Assembly: GCF_038025025.1 (NCBI RefSeq)
Contig: NW_027117348.1
Coordinates: 930,001 to 994,000, forward strand
DNA length: 64,000 nucleotides
Origin: Phyllosticta citribraziliensis
Lineage: Eukaryota
Direction of reading: 5' to 3'
Shown here: positions 25,984 through 36,705 of the stretch, piece by piece
Layout of the letters: every line of letters begins with the position of its first letter
How positions within the stretch are numbered: the stretch's first letter is position 1
The notes under the pieces: generated by a model
The model's database searches: none
Told to the model about the DNA's origin: nothing
What the model saw: only the letters and a program-made list of their open reading frames with translations
Program-made: the position numbers and the translations under genes

Positions 25984-27437
25984 TCACTTGCTCTGGTCCT
26001 GCTTCTTTCCTCCGCCAAAGACTCCTCCAACTAATCCGCCAACACCTCGGCCCACGCCGCCCAGCGTGCTTCCCACGCCCCCGACAACATCTCCTTTGCC
26101 CAACTTGCCCACCCCCTCGCCCAATCCTCCCGTCACGCCGCCCACGCAGTCGCCCACTCCTTTTCCTACGCCTCCTACGACGCCTCCAACGGGTCCTCCC
26201 ACCGTGCGCCCCACGCCTCCTACTGCACCTTCAACCGTATCCCCTAGCCCGCGTCCAACACCACCAACGGTATCTCCTACACCACCTGTGGCGCCGCCTA
26301 CAACACCGCCGATATCGGCGCGGCCCAGTGCGTCCGTCGTGCCCGTCACAGTGCGCCCCACGCCGCCGACGGCCGCATTCGCTGTAGAATTGACTCCGCT
26401 CGTCGTGCCTGTCACCGTCTCTCCTGCGCCGCGACTGACATGGGCGACGGGCTGTCCAACGCCCGCTGGACCACGGGACGCGGCGCCCGCGAGCCCAGAC
26501 GTCACGCCGTGGACGGCGCTGTTGGTCGCGCCAATGGCGGTGCCAGTCGTCGTGTTAACGGCCGACGTTGCGCCAGTGACGGTCTTGTTAACGGCACCAG
26601 TGGTCCCCGTGGCAGCCGTCTTGATGGCCGAGGGCTTGCTGTTGGCGGTGCTGTTGAGTTTGCGGGGAGCTTTTTTGGTGGTCGGCGGGGATGTGCTGAT
26701 GTCCGTAGTAGTCGCGGCAGGCGTCTTGTTCGTTGGCGCAGTCGAGACGGCGGGAGATTTGGACGTTGACGAAGCAATGGCCATTTTCTCGGAGGCAGAT
26801 GAAGGTGACTTGGGGGTGGAGGTGATGGCGGTGGCGTTTTGCTTGACCGATGCGGTTGAGGCGGGTGACTTTGGAGGTGGGGATGGTATCTTTTTCGGCC
26901 CCGCCTTCTGCTGTGTGGACACGGAGGGAGCTGTCGACTTCTTTGCCACGCTCGGGCTGATGGGACTGGACTTTGTTGAATCGACTGGGGAGGACAGGTC
27001 CGTGGCCGATGCGGAAGCTTTGTCGGCGGTCGTGCTGGGAGGGGATTTGGTGCGAATCATGGGCACAGGCTTCCGGGTTCCAATTGGCGAGTGCGTAGAA
27101 ATCTTCTTGGGAGAAGTCGGAGAAAGCGGTGTGGGAGAGATGGGTTTCATGTCGGAAGTCGAGGTTCTTGAGGGAGTCGTCTTTTGCGTGGCCGTCGTCG
27201 GTGCAGACTTGACGGCAGCTGAAGGGATGGCCTTGGTTGGGGAAATAGGAGACTTTGGTTTGCTGGCAGATGAAGAGACGCCAGTCCTCGGTATCGCAGA
27301 CTTCTTTGCGCCCTCTGCTGTTTTCAATGCGCCTGATAGGGAATCCCGTGTCAGCAGTGGTCAATTGTCGCCGTTGCAAAGCCTCGCTTACCCTCTGGGG
27401 CGTCATTTTGATTCTTCAATTCGACCATTGGCGCCAT
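25984..27437 (-). CDS. Low-complexity protein: Ser/Pro/Thr/Lys-rich N-half and Gly-Val-rich repeats (hydrophilin/LEA-like), 2 exons
   Basis: MAPMVELKNQNDAPE|intron 27391-27333|GALKTAEG..., with repeats such as GGVVGGATGGVGDTVGGVGRGLGDTV. Confidence 0.75.
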
Positions 27438-28452
27438 GATGAAATTTTTCGACTTTGAAAAAACAGATGGAAAGCTGCCGATGAGCGGCTGGTTGATCAA
27501 GACAATATAAAGGAGGGCATGCGCGCATAAGGTCGCGGGTAGTGTTCCTTCGACGCATGTGTGGTCCCGGATTGACGTCATCGCTTGGAGCGAGAACTTG
27601 TTCGGTGCGTAAGCCCAGATGCAACTCTCCAGGGATGCTCCCAGTCTCAGGCCCCCCGGGGAACATATCTTGAGCAAGCCTTCTGGACCATGATCCACCC
27701 GTTGATCTCCATCGCGTGGTGAATGACGTCCTAGTGGACTCTCCATGCAAGCGCCTATCATCGGTGTCTTGTACATCCTGAACATCCTGATGTGTGGGTT
27801 AATGTAACTGTCCATGATTGATGCGTTCATTCAAGGATCCGCCCGATGGTGGAATGTTCCCATAGCGGGACCCTGGATCCACCGTGCCAAACACTCAGGG
27901 TCCTTTCTCCACCACCAGACCATCGCGACCCCTTTGTGCCTGGCTGGCTCCCTTGCTTCCCAGCCCTTGAAAAGATCGACCGGTGATCATGAGGAAATTG
28001 ACTTTTTCCTGCGCGTGATGGCGAGAGGAACATGGAACCCGACCTTTCCCGACCAAGGATTCGCCCGCGAGGGACAGCCTTGAAACGGCCAACAAGGGCT
28101 TATTTTGAAGCTTTCTTTCGTCAACTCAGTCAGGTCCTGCTGTCGAATGTGATTGGATAGCCACACGTCATATCGAGTAGCTGTCGAATCATACGAAGAA
28201 TGTGGGTGTGTGGGTGAGTTTGAGGAGTTTTCGCGCACAGGCGCCTTTGTCAGTCCATGTCTAAATTGACGTCAACGCTAGACATTATTGTCAGCAACAA
28301 CACCTAAAGCGAACAACATCAGTCGAATCGCTAAGCACTTGGAACAATAAGAGCGGGCTCGTTCGTTGAATATTGGAGCAATACTACTCTGTATCCTCAT
28401 GGCATTATCCGTACCTTTTGAACGCCAACTGTACCATCTGACTCAACTCCTT

Positions 28453-30318
28453 CTAGATCGCATATCCACCCGAGTTCTTTTGTCTTGGTTCGCCCGCCGC
28501 CTCGAAGGTGCCGTTGCCTAGCCTCCTGATGGCCTGCGCAGTGCTCTGGCCCTCTGCCACCCACGTGACGTTGTGTCCCCTCTCCTTCATGTAGGCCGTG
28601 GTTGTGTTGTCATATGTGTACTCGAAGCTCACAGTATTTGGAACAAGCTGGTCGTGAAGACGTGGCTTCTTAAGCGCTTCTGGTGCCGTCAAGTCCTCGT
28701 CGAGCATGTGGAACACATTCTGGATAGTCGCTGTAATGATGCGAGATCCGCCAGCGGCACCAACACTAATATAGAATGTACCATTGCGGTTGTCGATGAT
28801 GATTGGGGTGATGGACGAAAGCGGGCGCTTGCCGGGACGAATGTAGTTGGCTTCGCTAGGAATGTAACCAAAAGAGTTGCTTGCATTGGGGATGGAAAAG
28901 TCGTTCATTTCGTTGTTCATGATGATGCCCGTCTCCGGGACCAAGACGCGAGAGCCAAAGTACAGATTAATCGTGGTCGTCAATGATATGGCAAGTCCGG
29001 ACTTGTCGGCAGTCACGACATGGGACGTGCCGGGGGTGTCTAGGCTCTCAATGCCATCGGGATCATAATAGGCCACAGGGTGGGTCGTCGAGTCGGTAAT
29101 CTTGCCCCGGATCAGTGAAGTGACGTTGTCGCTGATCATTTGCTCTTGATACTCCTTCATGCCGGAGACAAAGTCGGGATCACCAAGTTCAGTCCTCTAA
29201 ATTCTCGATTAGCAGGTGAGTCAAGCAACCAGACACCCCTAGAGATGAGGGTCACTTACCTCGGCGTAGGCAAAGCGAATGGCTTCGTCAAGACGGTGAG
29301 TTGTCAGGTTGACATCATCCCCGAAATCCTCGTAGCCCTCGACGATTTTGAGAGCGCTGAGAGCAACCGCACCACTGCACGGAGCACTTCCAGTGGTCAC
29401 CTTGTAGCCTCTGTAGTTGATTGACAGCGGGTCCGGAGTGCTAACGGTGTAGTTTGCCAGATCCTCGAGGGTCATGATACCGCCAGCCTCTTTGACGGCA
29501 GTGATTGTTGCGTTGGCAATGGCTCCAGTGTAGAAGGCATCGACGCCCTCGGCCGCAATGACTTCGAGTGTGTCGGCATAACGTTTGCGAGTGATGGTGT
29601 CGTTGACTCCCAGCCGAGTACCGTTGGGTGCAAAGTCAATGGCCCAGTTGGGATCGGTGACGAAAAAGTCCTCTTTGCCCGAAGTAGACGAAACCATTGC
29701 TTTGTGTAGGTCCTCGTTCAGCCGGAATCCATTCCTCGCAAGCTCCACCGCAGGAGTGACCACATCCTTCCACGCGAGCGAGCCGTAGCCCTTGTGGAGG
29801 TGCTCAAGACCGCGCAGCTCACCGGGGACGCCACTGTCATGTAATCAGATATTGTAGAGGGTCTTGGTTTGAGGGCTTCAGTACCTGGCCAAGCCACCAT
29901 ACTCTGAAAGCTCAGTGTTGTTGTTATACATGTCCTGAGTCGCAGCTGCCGGGGCCGTCTCGCGGAAGTCGATGAATTCATATGATCCATTTGGAGCGCG
30001 CACCGTCATGAAACCGCCGCCGGCAATGCCTGACAAGGAAATCAGTGCCAGTAGTTACGGCGGGGGGAGCAGGGACATACCGCTGTGATACATGCCAATA
30101 ACACCCACACAGAAGACCGAACCGACGAGAGCATCGGCAGCATTACCTCCAGCCTTGAGGAGGTCGATGCCGATGGTACTGCATTCTTGCGACTCGGTGG
30201 CGACTGCGCCAGTGCTGGCGTCCTCGATGGTGCTCTGAAGGGGAACTCCAAGAGCTACTTGGGACGAGAAAAGGCTCGTCAAGAGCCCGGCGAGAGCTGG
30301 CATCCGCAGAAGCTTCAT
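28453..30318 (-). CDS. ggt: Gamma-glutamyltranspeptidase with N-terminal signal peptide (4 exons)
   Basis: GAVATESQECS, GGNAADA, IDFRETAP, autocleavage site PG|TSHVVTAD, NNEMNDFS, PGKRPLSS and GAAGGSRI. Confidence 0.93.
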
Positions 30319-30400
30319 GGTCGCGTGTCAGTGAAGGGAGCGCGACACTGGACGAGGGCAGTCTTACCAGGGACGTGTGTTACAATCGAGGGATGAGCGA

Positions 30401-30816
30401 ATATATACAGGAATTGACTGACAGGCACCACCTCGGGCGGCGCTGGGCAGCACAGACACGGAGCCGTCAGTCAGTCAAGACGGCGGCGAAAGCATGGCGA
30501 GATTGTTTGTAACGAGATTGAATTGTCGTCGGCGGGTTTGTCGACGAGGAAGTCAGAGCCGTGAGGATTGAGCGGAGGACGAGCGTGACCAGGGCCGGGA
30601 CAAGGGCCGGGGCCGGAGCCAGGCGAGCAGACAAGGCAGGGCAGGCCAGGGCCAGGGACCGCCGACCAGGGCAAAGGCGTGATAAGGATGAGTAACGGCA
30701 TCGCATGGCGGATGCGAATGATATCGGGGCGTCCGAGTAATTGTGAGATGGATGCCGTGGACGGGGCACCGCCGATAGCCGACGACGTGGTTGTGCGGCG
30801 ACGAGGCCGAGATAAG
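30401..30816 (-). promoter_or_regulatory. GGT promoter: TATA-like box plus GATA cluster and AP-1/Yap-like site
   Basis: TATATAT (30407-30401, minus strand), GATAAG 30681, TGAGTAA 30689-30695, GATATC 30720, GATAG 30774 and GATAAG 30811. Confidence 0.45.
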
Positions 30817-32999
30817 CATCAACCACCCGAGTCAGCGACTGCAGCCGCCTCGGCGCGATCCGTCCGCTTCCTTCCAGGTCCCTCTGCTCTTCGCACAACA
30901 TGTCTACTCCACACGTCGACATCATCACCACCACCTCTCTGCTTGCGCGTCTCTCGCTTCGCATCGCCTCGCCCCCAATCCATCCATCCCACTCTTCGTT
31001 TCTCCCTCTCTAGCGTCAATGGCGCCCTCTGTCACGGCTTCGTTTGCCGCATCACTCCCGTCTCGCGCCTCGATTATCCACGCCCGCGGCGAATCGAAGC
31101 CGACTTCACGCATAAACCTCTGCATAGGCCCAATCACTGCCAGTTACACAAAACCATAATTTTTCTAGACGTTCAAAGTTGGACCTCTAGCGTGGGGACC
31201 TGCCTTTGATGCGGCGCCATACCACCCCTTCAGTCCGCATCCGGCATGGGACGAACAACATGAAGTGGGATGCAACCAACTGACGGACACCCCCCCCTCT
31301 CCAGCTACCGCAGACCTGCGCATGGTGCGGGACGGCCGGCGATTCCTCTTCGGGCAGCTCCATCCCACCGCATCCTCCTCTTCCTTTGCTAGCACCAGGG
31401 CGGGCCAGCATGAAAAAGAAAAAAACACCAGGATCCGGACACCATGTCGCGCTCTCATTTCCGCTCCCGGCCTATCCTCGCCGGCCTGCTCGCTGACTGG
31501 ACCGCTCCTGATCCCTCTGGCTTGCTACGTTCAATCTTGTCTCCATCTCTCCACGGTGACCCTGCTTCTCCCACGATGCTGGCTTGGCCTCGTGCTCGTA
31601 TCCCGCATCCCGCATCCCGCATATTGTCAACGTTACGCGCGGGTTGCACAAAATTCCAATTGTCAACGACGTTCGACGCTGGACTTAGCGTCGACCCGTC
31701 GACAAAGGGGCTTGTTGGCGTGAAATCAAAATGGGACTGAATGCTCCTTGATTGACATGGCGGCAACTTGTCGAAGCAGGGCTCAGGGCATTGCCCGGGG
31801 GAATCCTTGGCCATGCCATTCCTAGCCTTCTCTCTATCCTGCACAAGGAAAACCATGCCCATCCCCACCGCACAGTGAACCAAAGGAACCTCACCCAGCA
31901 ATGGGCACTGGCACAGGTCCGGGTCCGGCCCTGGCAGTGTCGCCAGCCTCCTACCAAGATCTCTCCACCCTAGCACCCAGATCCCGGTCGATCAGAAGTC
32001 CAATGGTCGACTTAGTGCTGACGCCTCTCTCCGCCTCTTTGTCTTTCCTGTACTTCTTGTTTTCTGTCATGTGGGGCACGCTACCGCTGTCCTGGTCTAG
32101 CTCACTATTTGTGGCGCTTTCCTAACGGCCAAAGTTACGAGCCCCTGTCAGTAGGACGTGGAGGAAGCGTACTTCGACGCAACCGCTACATAGACGAAGG
32201 GTAATTGCAAAGCTCAATCAAACGGGGGATGAACTCTACAGCAGACCTACTCCTACGCTAAAACGAGACCGCCAAGAGACGAACCTGAATGAGGTGCGCA
32301 GTGCGGAGGAACGACAGCCTTGCCGCTTGTGTCTAGCACAGACTTCGGCAGCTACTCCACGGCGATCTGGCGCCGCACCGGCCAGAGATCATGGTGATCA
32401 GACGTTTGAGCGTCAAGTTAGTGCGGCCCCATGCAGCCGTTGGAAGAAGAGCCGCCCTGCGCGGTACTAGTCCGCCGGCTCCCTCCAAGGCTCGGTTACA
32501 AAACTCGTGGCACACACAATAAGAGTAGGGAATCAGTCTCGCCCACCAGGAAATATTCATACCCCGGACCGACGACTAACAGGGAGCATTCAAGTGTCTG
32601 AGTTTAGTGATTCGGAGGTCGTGTGTGCCACGACTGTTGCTACCAAGCCTCGCTCCCTGACGCCGCGGAAGTGCCTGTTCTTTCGTGCGCATGGTTGCAG
32701 TCATGGATTCAAAGCAACCGTGGACTGAGATTGAGTCTGTAATATGACGGACAGATGCCCAACACGGCGGATCCCATGTCTCAGACATGCCCAGAGCAGA
32801 TACAACATTCCTTATACTCAAGAGTAGCAGATTATGATTGCGCATTTACGAAGCGCGTGAAGGTCCAAATTCAAAGGGCAGAGTCACGGGAAATATCTTG
32901 AGGATACACCGTTGATATCCGGCCACTTCATTCAGTGCCTCGCCACGGTGGCCATGGACGATCAGAAACAAGGCATGCAAGCTTTGATCCAGGTACCAG

Positions 33000-35040
33000 G
33001 CCAGGGGTCTGCCGACGGCCGTCCCGTTGACAAAGACCTATGCCGAGACCCAATATAGAAAGCCTCCCGTACAGCGACCCCGCCGTAAATTTTCAACATT
33101 GTCAGCCGCTTGTCAGCCCAGCCTCAGCCTTGTTACGAGGAACTCCCGCAGTAAAGTCACAAGCGCTGGTCATCTAAACCCGTAAGTGGCTTTTGACTCT
33201 AGGGGCTACCTACCTCTAGAGGTGTATAGTACCCGGGGTATTTCTACTTCCAGAAACTCAGCTACTTTTCCCTTCCTACTTCAATCACTCTACCCGCAGG
33301 GATACAAGTGGAGGAAATACTTGGCCGCCCAAAACGACGCCTCCAGCGTGATTGATCTCGCACTTGACTACCCAAGGTTTCCCCACAATTCTACTTTCTG
33401 TAATTGAGTCGTTCCTACTTCCTACCCTTGCCTCTTTTCCCATGACGCAGCCGACCCAAAGACAATTGGGCTTCTCCACACACACCATTCCGCTTCATCG
33501 TCTTCCATCAACATCCGCTCATCGACCAGACGATTCAGTCAGTGGGAGCAAGGTGATCGGGCAGTCGACCACCCCGCCTATGCTGAGTCTTGGCTATGCT
33601 GTCCAAAATTTCACAGCAGGAATGCCCTTCTCTTTCTGGCCTCGTTCATCCTCAATCACCCCATTGAAGGCCATCGGAAATTACCGCTACACGAGCGTAC
33701 CTTGCTTCATCAATTGGTTCTTCCATTGGTCAACGCAGTGCAAGAAGAAGGTTGGGTGTCGTCGCTGTCGCTGCTGACTCCACGCAAAAGGAGGAGAAAG
33801 TTGGATTTGCGACTCTGCCGTTGAATCCTTGTGTATGTGCACATCAAGGCCGGAAGAGGGAAGAAGAGCCGCAAACCAACCACACGCACCTCGCCCTGGT
33901 TTCTGTCGCTGCCGTCTTTTGCCGTACATCCAGCTTAGAGCATCGCCGTCGTATTCGTTCTCGTAACACCACCTCCATTCACACTCCAAGCACTCGCGCC
34001 GTCTCAGAGCTCCACCGTCATGCCGCATGCCCCCTTCTCTGCATTCCTAATAGTCTCGCTGTCTTGCGCAGGAAAGCACATGTGAGCGGCGCCGCGTCCC
34101 GTGTACGAAGTGATTCGTTGAATATCCCGTCGTTCCGAGCCGGGTGCCCGTTTCTTTACTCAACGACCACGCCTCCGAGTCTGCGATGCTGGCAACCGAC
34201 GCTTCCTGTCGACCGCTTTACGGACAGACCGCTTCGATTGGCACCCGCAGAGGTCGTGGGCGCCAGTTTAGCTCCGCGCCTACGTATTCTGACTGAGATA
34301 GAAGCAACGCGCCTGGTCTACTTGCTAGCAGATGGACCAGAACGGAGGACGACATCTGTTTCCTCGGCTCTGTGTGGGAAAGGACATGGGCTGGCTGGCT
34401 GGCTGACTGCGTCGGTCTTTTCGCGGATCGACATGTTCAGGAGAAGTGGGAGATGAGACGACGACACAGCAGCGGGTCATGCTTAACCTCTGCATCTCGT
34501 TTCGTCGATCGGCATTCTAGCTGTGGTTGGCTTGTCGCAGGTGGATCCCGCATTGGTAGCTCCCCAAAAGCAATGGCGGTAGCAGACGACAGCTCCCTAC
34601 ACGCACACTGTGGTGGTAGATGAATGCTTCCCCGTTGCAGCCGGATGCTAGAGACATCCCTTCTTTCGCCCCTACATGCAATGCTTTCGCCCGCAGCGAG
34701 GACTAGGTATAGCAGAGGTGGTGGCCATCGGCCGAATGCGTGAGGTGTGTTCAGGACGGCCGGCACTTGTGTTTGAAGGGTTGTTCGCCGCTGCTATCGC
34801 TGGTGGAGGGTTAGTGCAGGGGTATGGTGCGAGGCTGTCTAGGTTCTGGAGAAGGGTGGCTGTGGGAGTGGTCGGTGAATTTCACATAGCGCAATTGTGT
34901 TTGGCATGGTTGCGGTCTTGGAGGCTCATGCTGCTGGTTGAGTACGGAAGCGACATTGACTGCGGCGCCAGGTCGAGTGTCGCCTCGATGCAATTTGCTT
35001 GTATTCAAGACTTCGGTATCTTCGCAGGCTACGGACGCCC
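33000..35040 (+). ncRNA. TER: Candidate telomerase RNA (TER), ~2 kb; ends approximate
   Basis: No credible CDS. Boundary hairpin CGCTTGT 33107-13/ACAAGCG 33159-65 precedes template-like TAAACCCGTAA 33175-85. P2-like helix 33186-33203/33577-33597 is followed by A-tract CCAAAATTTCACAG. Nested long-range G-U-containing helices: 33757-73/34574-91, 33744-51/34659-66, 33620-30/34775-86, 33072-77/34797-802. P6/P6.1-like junction at 34859-34913 with loop UUUGG. Adjacent to SAD1. Confidence 0.75.
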
Positions 35041-35043
35041 TCT

Positions 35044-36705
35044 CTATGCCCTCGCCTTGGCCTTGGCCTTTCGCGGTTCCCGCCTCTTTTCCCACACCTG
35101 CACGTAGCTCTCCTTGGTGAACAGCGTCTCGGCGCGGGCCTTCTCGACAAACAAGTCCTGCACCTCGTACCACTCCTCGCGGCTCTTGTCGCGCAGCTGC
35201 ACGCGCCACACCTTGCGCTCGCTCTCGCCCTCGACGCTGTCGTCGCGCGTGCGCACCGCCTCGTGCGTGATGTTGGCCACCAGGTCGTACCAGATGGGCT
35301 CGCCGGGCGGGTGCACGGCCGGGTTGGGCTCAATGTAGGGGCTCATGTCGAGCGAGCGCGTCGGGAACGTCACGATGGTCGGGTTGCGCTCGCTGACAAA
35401 CTTGTTCTTGGAGAAGCGCTTGATGTGGAAGAGCAGGTACGGCGGCAGCGGGTGCAGCAGCCGGTACCGCTTGCGGTAGTTGAGGTGCTCCTGCGCCGAC
35501 ACGCCGTCGTATTTGGACAGGATGCGCGTCAGGGGCACTTGGGGGATGATGTTTTTCTCGAGCTCGTCCTGGAAGACGGGCCGCGGTGGCAGGTCGAGGG
35601 TGAGGATCATAAAGTGCGACTTTTCCGACTGGATGTCCGAGTCTTCGAAGCGCAGCCGGTCCGAGGCGTCGGCCCGTGCCGTGATGAGCTGTGATTCGAT
35701 CTTGAGGCTGCCTTGAAACACTTGTTGGACAATGCTGGATTTGGGTTTGGATTTACTGCCTCCCAGTGACAGATGGAGGTTGTTGAGGAACCATTGCAGG
35801 AAATCCACAGGGTCCGATTGTTCGGTCAAGGTGAAGCGCTTGGTGGAGTGCAGGGCGACTTCTTGGAGAAGCTCGTGCGGTGAGACGTGTGCTTTGAAGG
35901 CTCGAGGGTTCCATATCTTGCGGACTAGCGTGCTGAAGCGCTGCGCAAGTTGTGGGCGCGACGAGAGATCTTCGAGCATGAAGAAGTTGCGCAGAGGGGT
36001 GACGTGGGCCAGCGCATGAATGGCCGCGTTGAAGTAGTCATTGGCTTTGATGTTGTTCAAACCGACAAATCCTGGGATGTACTTGCGTCCCACGAGATCC
36101 CATGCTGCCTTTTGCTCCCGGTCAAGCTTCATGACCTCTTCTTTTGATAATCTGGGGTCCACCACGAATTTGATGTCTTCTAAGGCCTTGCTCTTGACCT
36201 CGTAGCCTTCGGGAAGCACGTAGACCTTTTTGGTTTCCAGGTTTATGTAGACGTGGTGGCTTTCGTCGAGAGCGTGGAAATATGCTTGGGATTTGGGTCC
36301 TCGTCCTTGGAAGTACTTTCCGCACACCAGGCAGGCGTAGACGTTGATGTTGGATAGAGTGACGGAGCAAAGCTTTTCAAAGTCAAAGTCGAGCACCTTG
36401 CGGTCTATAGTGTCCAGGTAAAGGTCATTGTATCCTTCCGTCGGCGCGGCCTGGCGCGTGGTAGTTGTAATGGCAGGCTCGTCTTCGTCGTCCAAGGCGC
36501 CCGCCTCCTCCAGTTCCTCGTGGATTTCTTCCGCCGCGCCGACAATGTCTATTTTGTCGTCCTGCTTTCCATTCTGGCGAATCGGAAGGCCATTTTCCGG
36601 GGGCGAGTCGGCTTCCTCGCCCACGTCGTCGACGCGAGCTCGTTTTGAGGCTGGCGAGTCGGCAGCAATAGCATCATCGAGCGTTTCGGCGTGGCGTTTG
36701 GACAT
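35044..36705 (-). CDS. SAD1: U4/U6.U5 tri-snRNP protein Sad1/USP39 (inactive UBP with ZnF-UBP)
   Basis: LYLDTIDRKVLDFDFEKLCSVTLSNINVYACLVCGKYFQGRG and PGFVGLNNIKANDY (catalytic Cys replaced by Asp). Confidence 0.96.
   Translation of the reverse strand: MSKRHAETLDDAIAADSPASKRARVDDVGEEADSPPENGLPIRQNGKQDDKIDIVGAAEEIHEELEEAGALDDEDEPAITTTTRQAAPTEGYNDLYLDTIDRKVLDFDFEKLCSVTLSNINVYACLVCGKYFQGRGPKSQAYFHALDESHHVYINLETKKVYVLPEGYEVKSKALEDIKFVVDPRLSKEEVMKLDREQKAAWDLVGRKYIPGFVGLNNIKANDYFNAAIHALAHVTPLRNFFMLEDLSSRPQLAQRFSTLVRKIWNPRAFKAHVSPHELLQEVALHSTKRFTLTEQSDPVDFLQWFLNNLHLSLGGSKSKPKSSIVQQVFQGSLKIESQLITARADASDRLRFEDSDIQSEKSHFMILTLDLPPRPVFQDELEKNIIPQVPLTRILSKYDGVSAQEHLNYRKRYRLLHPLPPYLLFHIKRFSKNKFVSERNPTIVTFPTRSLDMSPYIEPNPAVHPPGEPIWYDLVANITHEAVRTRDDSVEGESERKVWRVQLRDKSREEWYEVQDLFVEKARAETLFTKESYVQVWEKRREPRKAKAKARA

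Noticed and set aside
30467..32900. Short ORFs between GGT and the candidate TER
   Set aside because: Low-complexity, promoter-like sequence with no coherent gene model.
34807..34814. CTAACCCT on the minus strand as a canonical telomerase template
   Set aside because: The G-U pairs in the long helices work on the + strand only, no boundary hairpin or P2 was evident around it, and it lies just 230 nt past the SAD1 stop.
33752..35107. 234 aa and 143 aa + strand ORFs inside the structured region
   Set aside because: Non-ATG or weak starts, no protein-like features, and the sequence is better explained by RNA base pairing.
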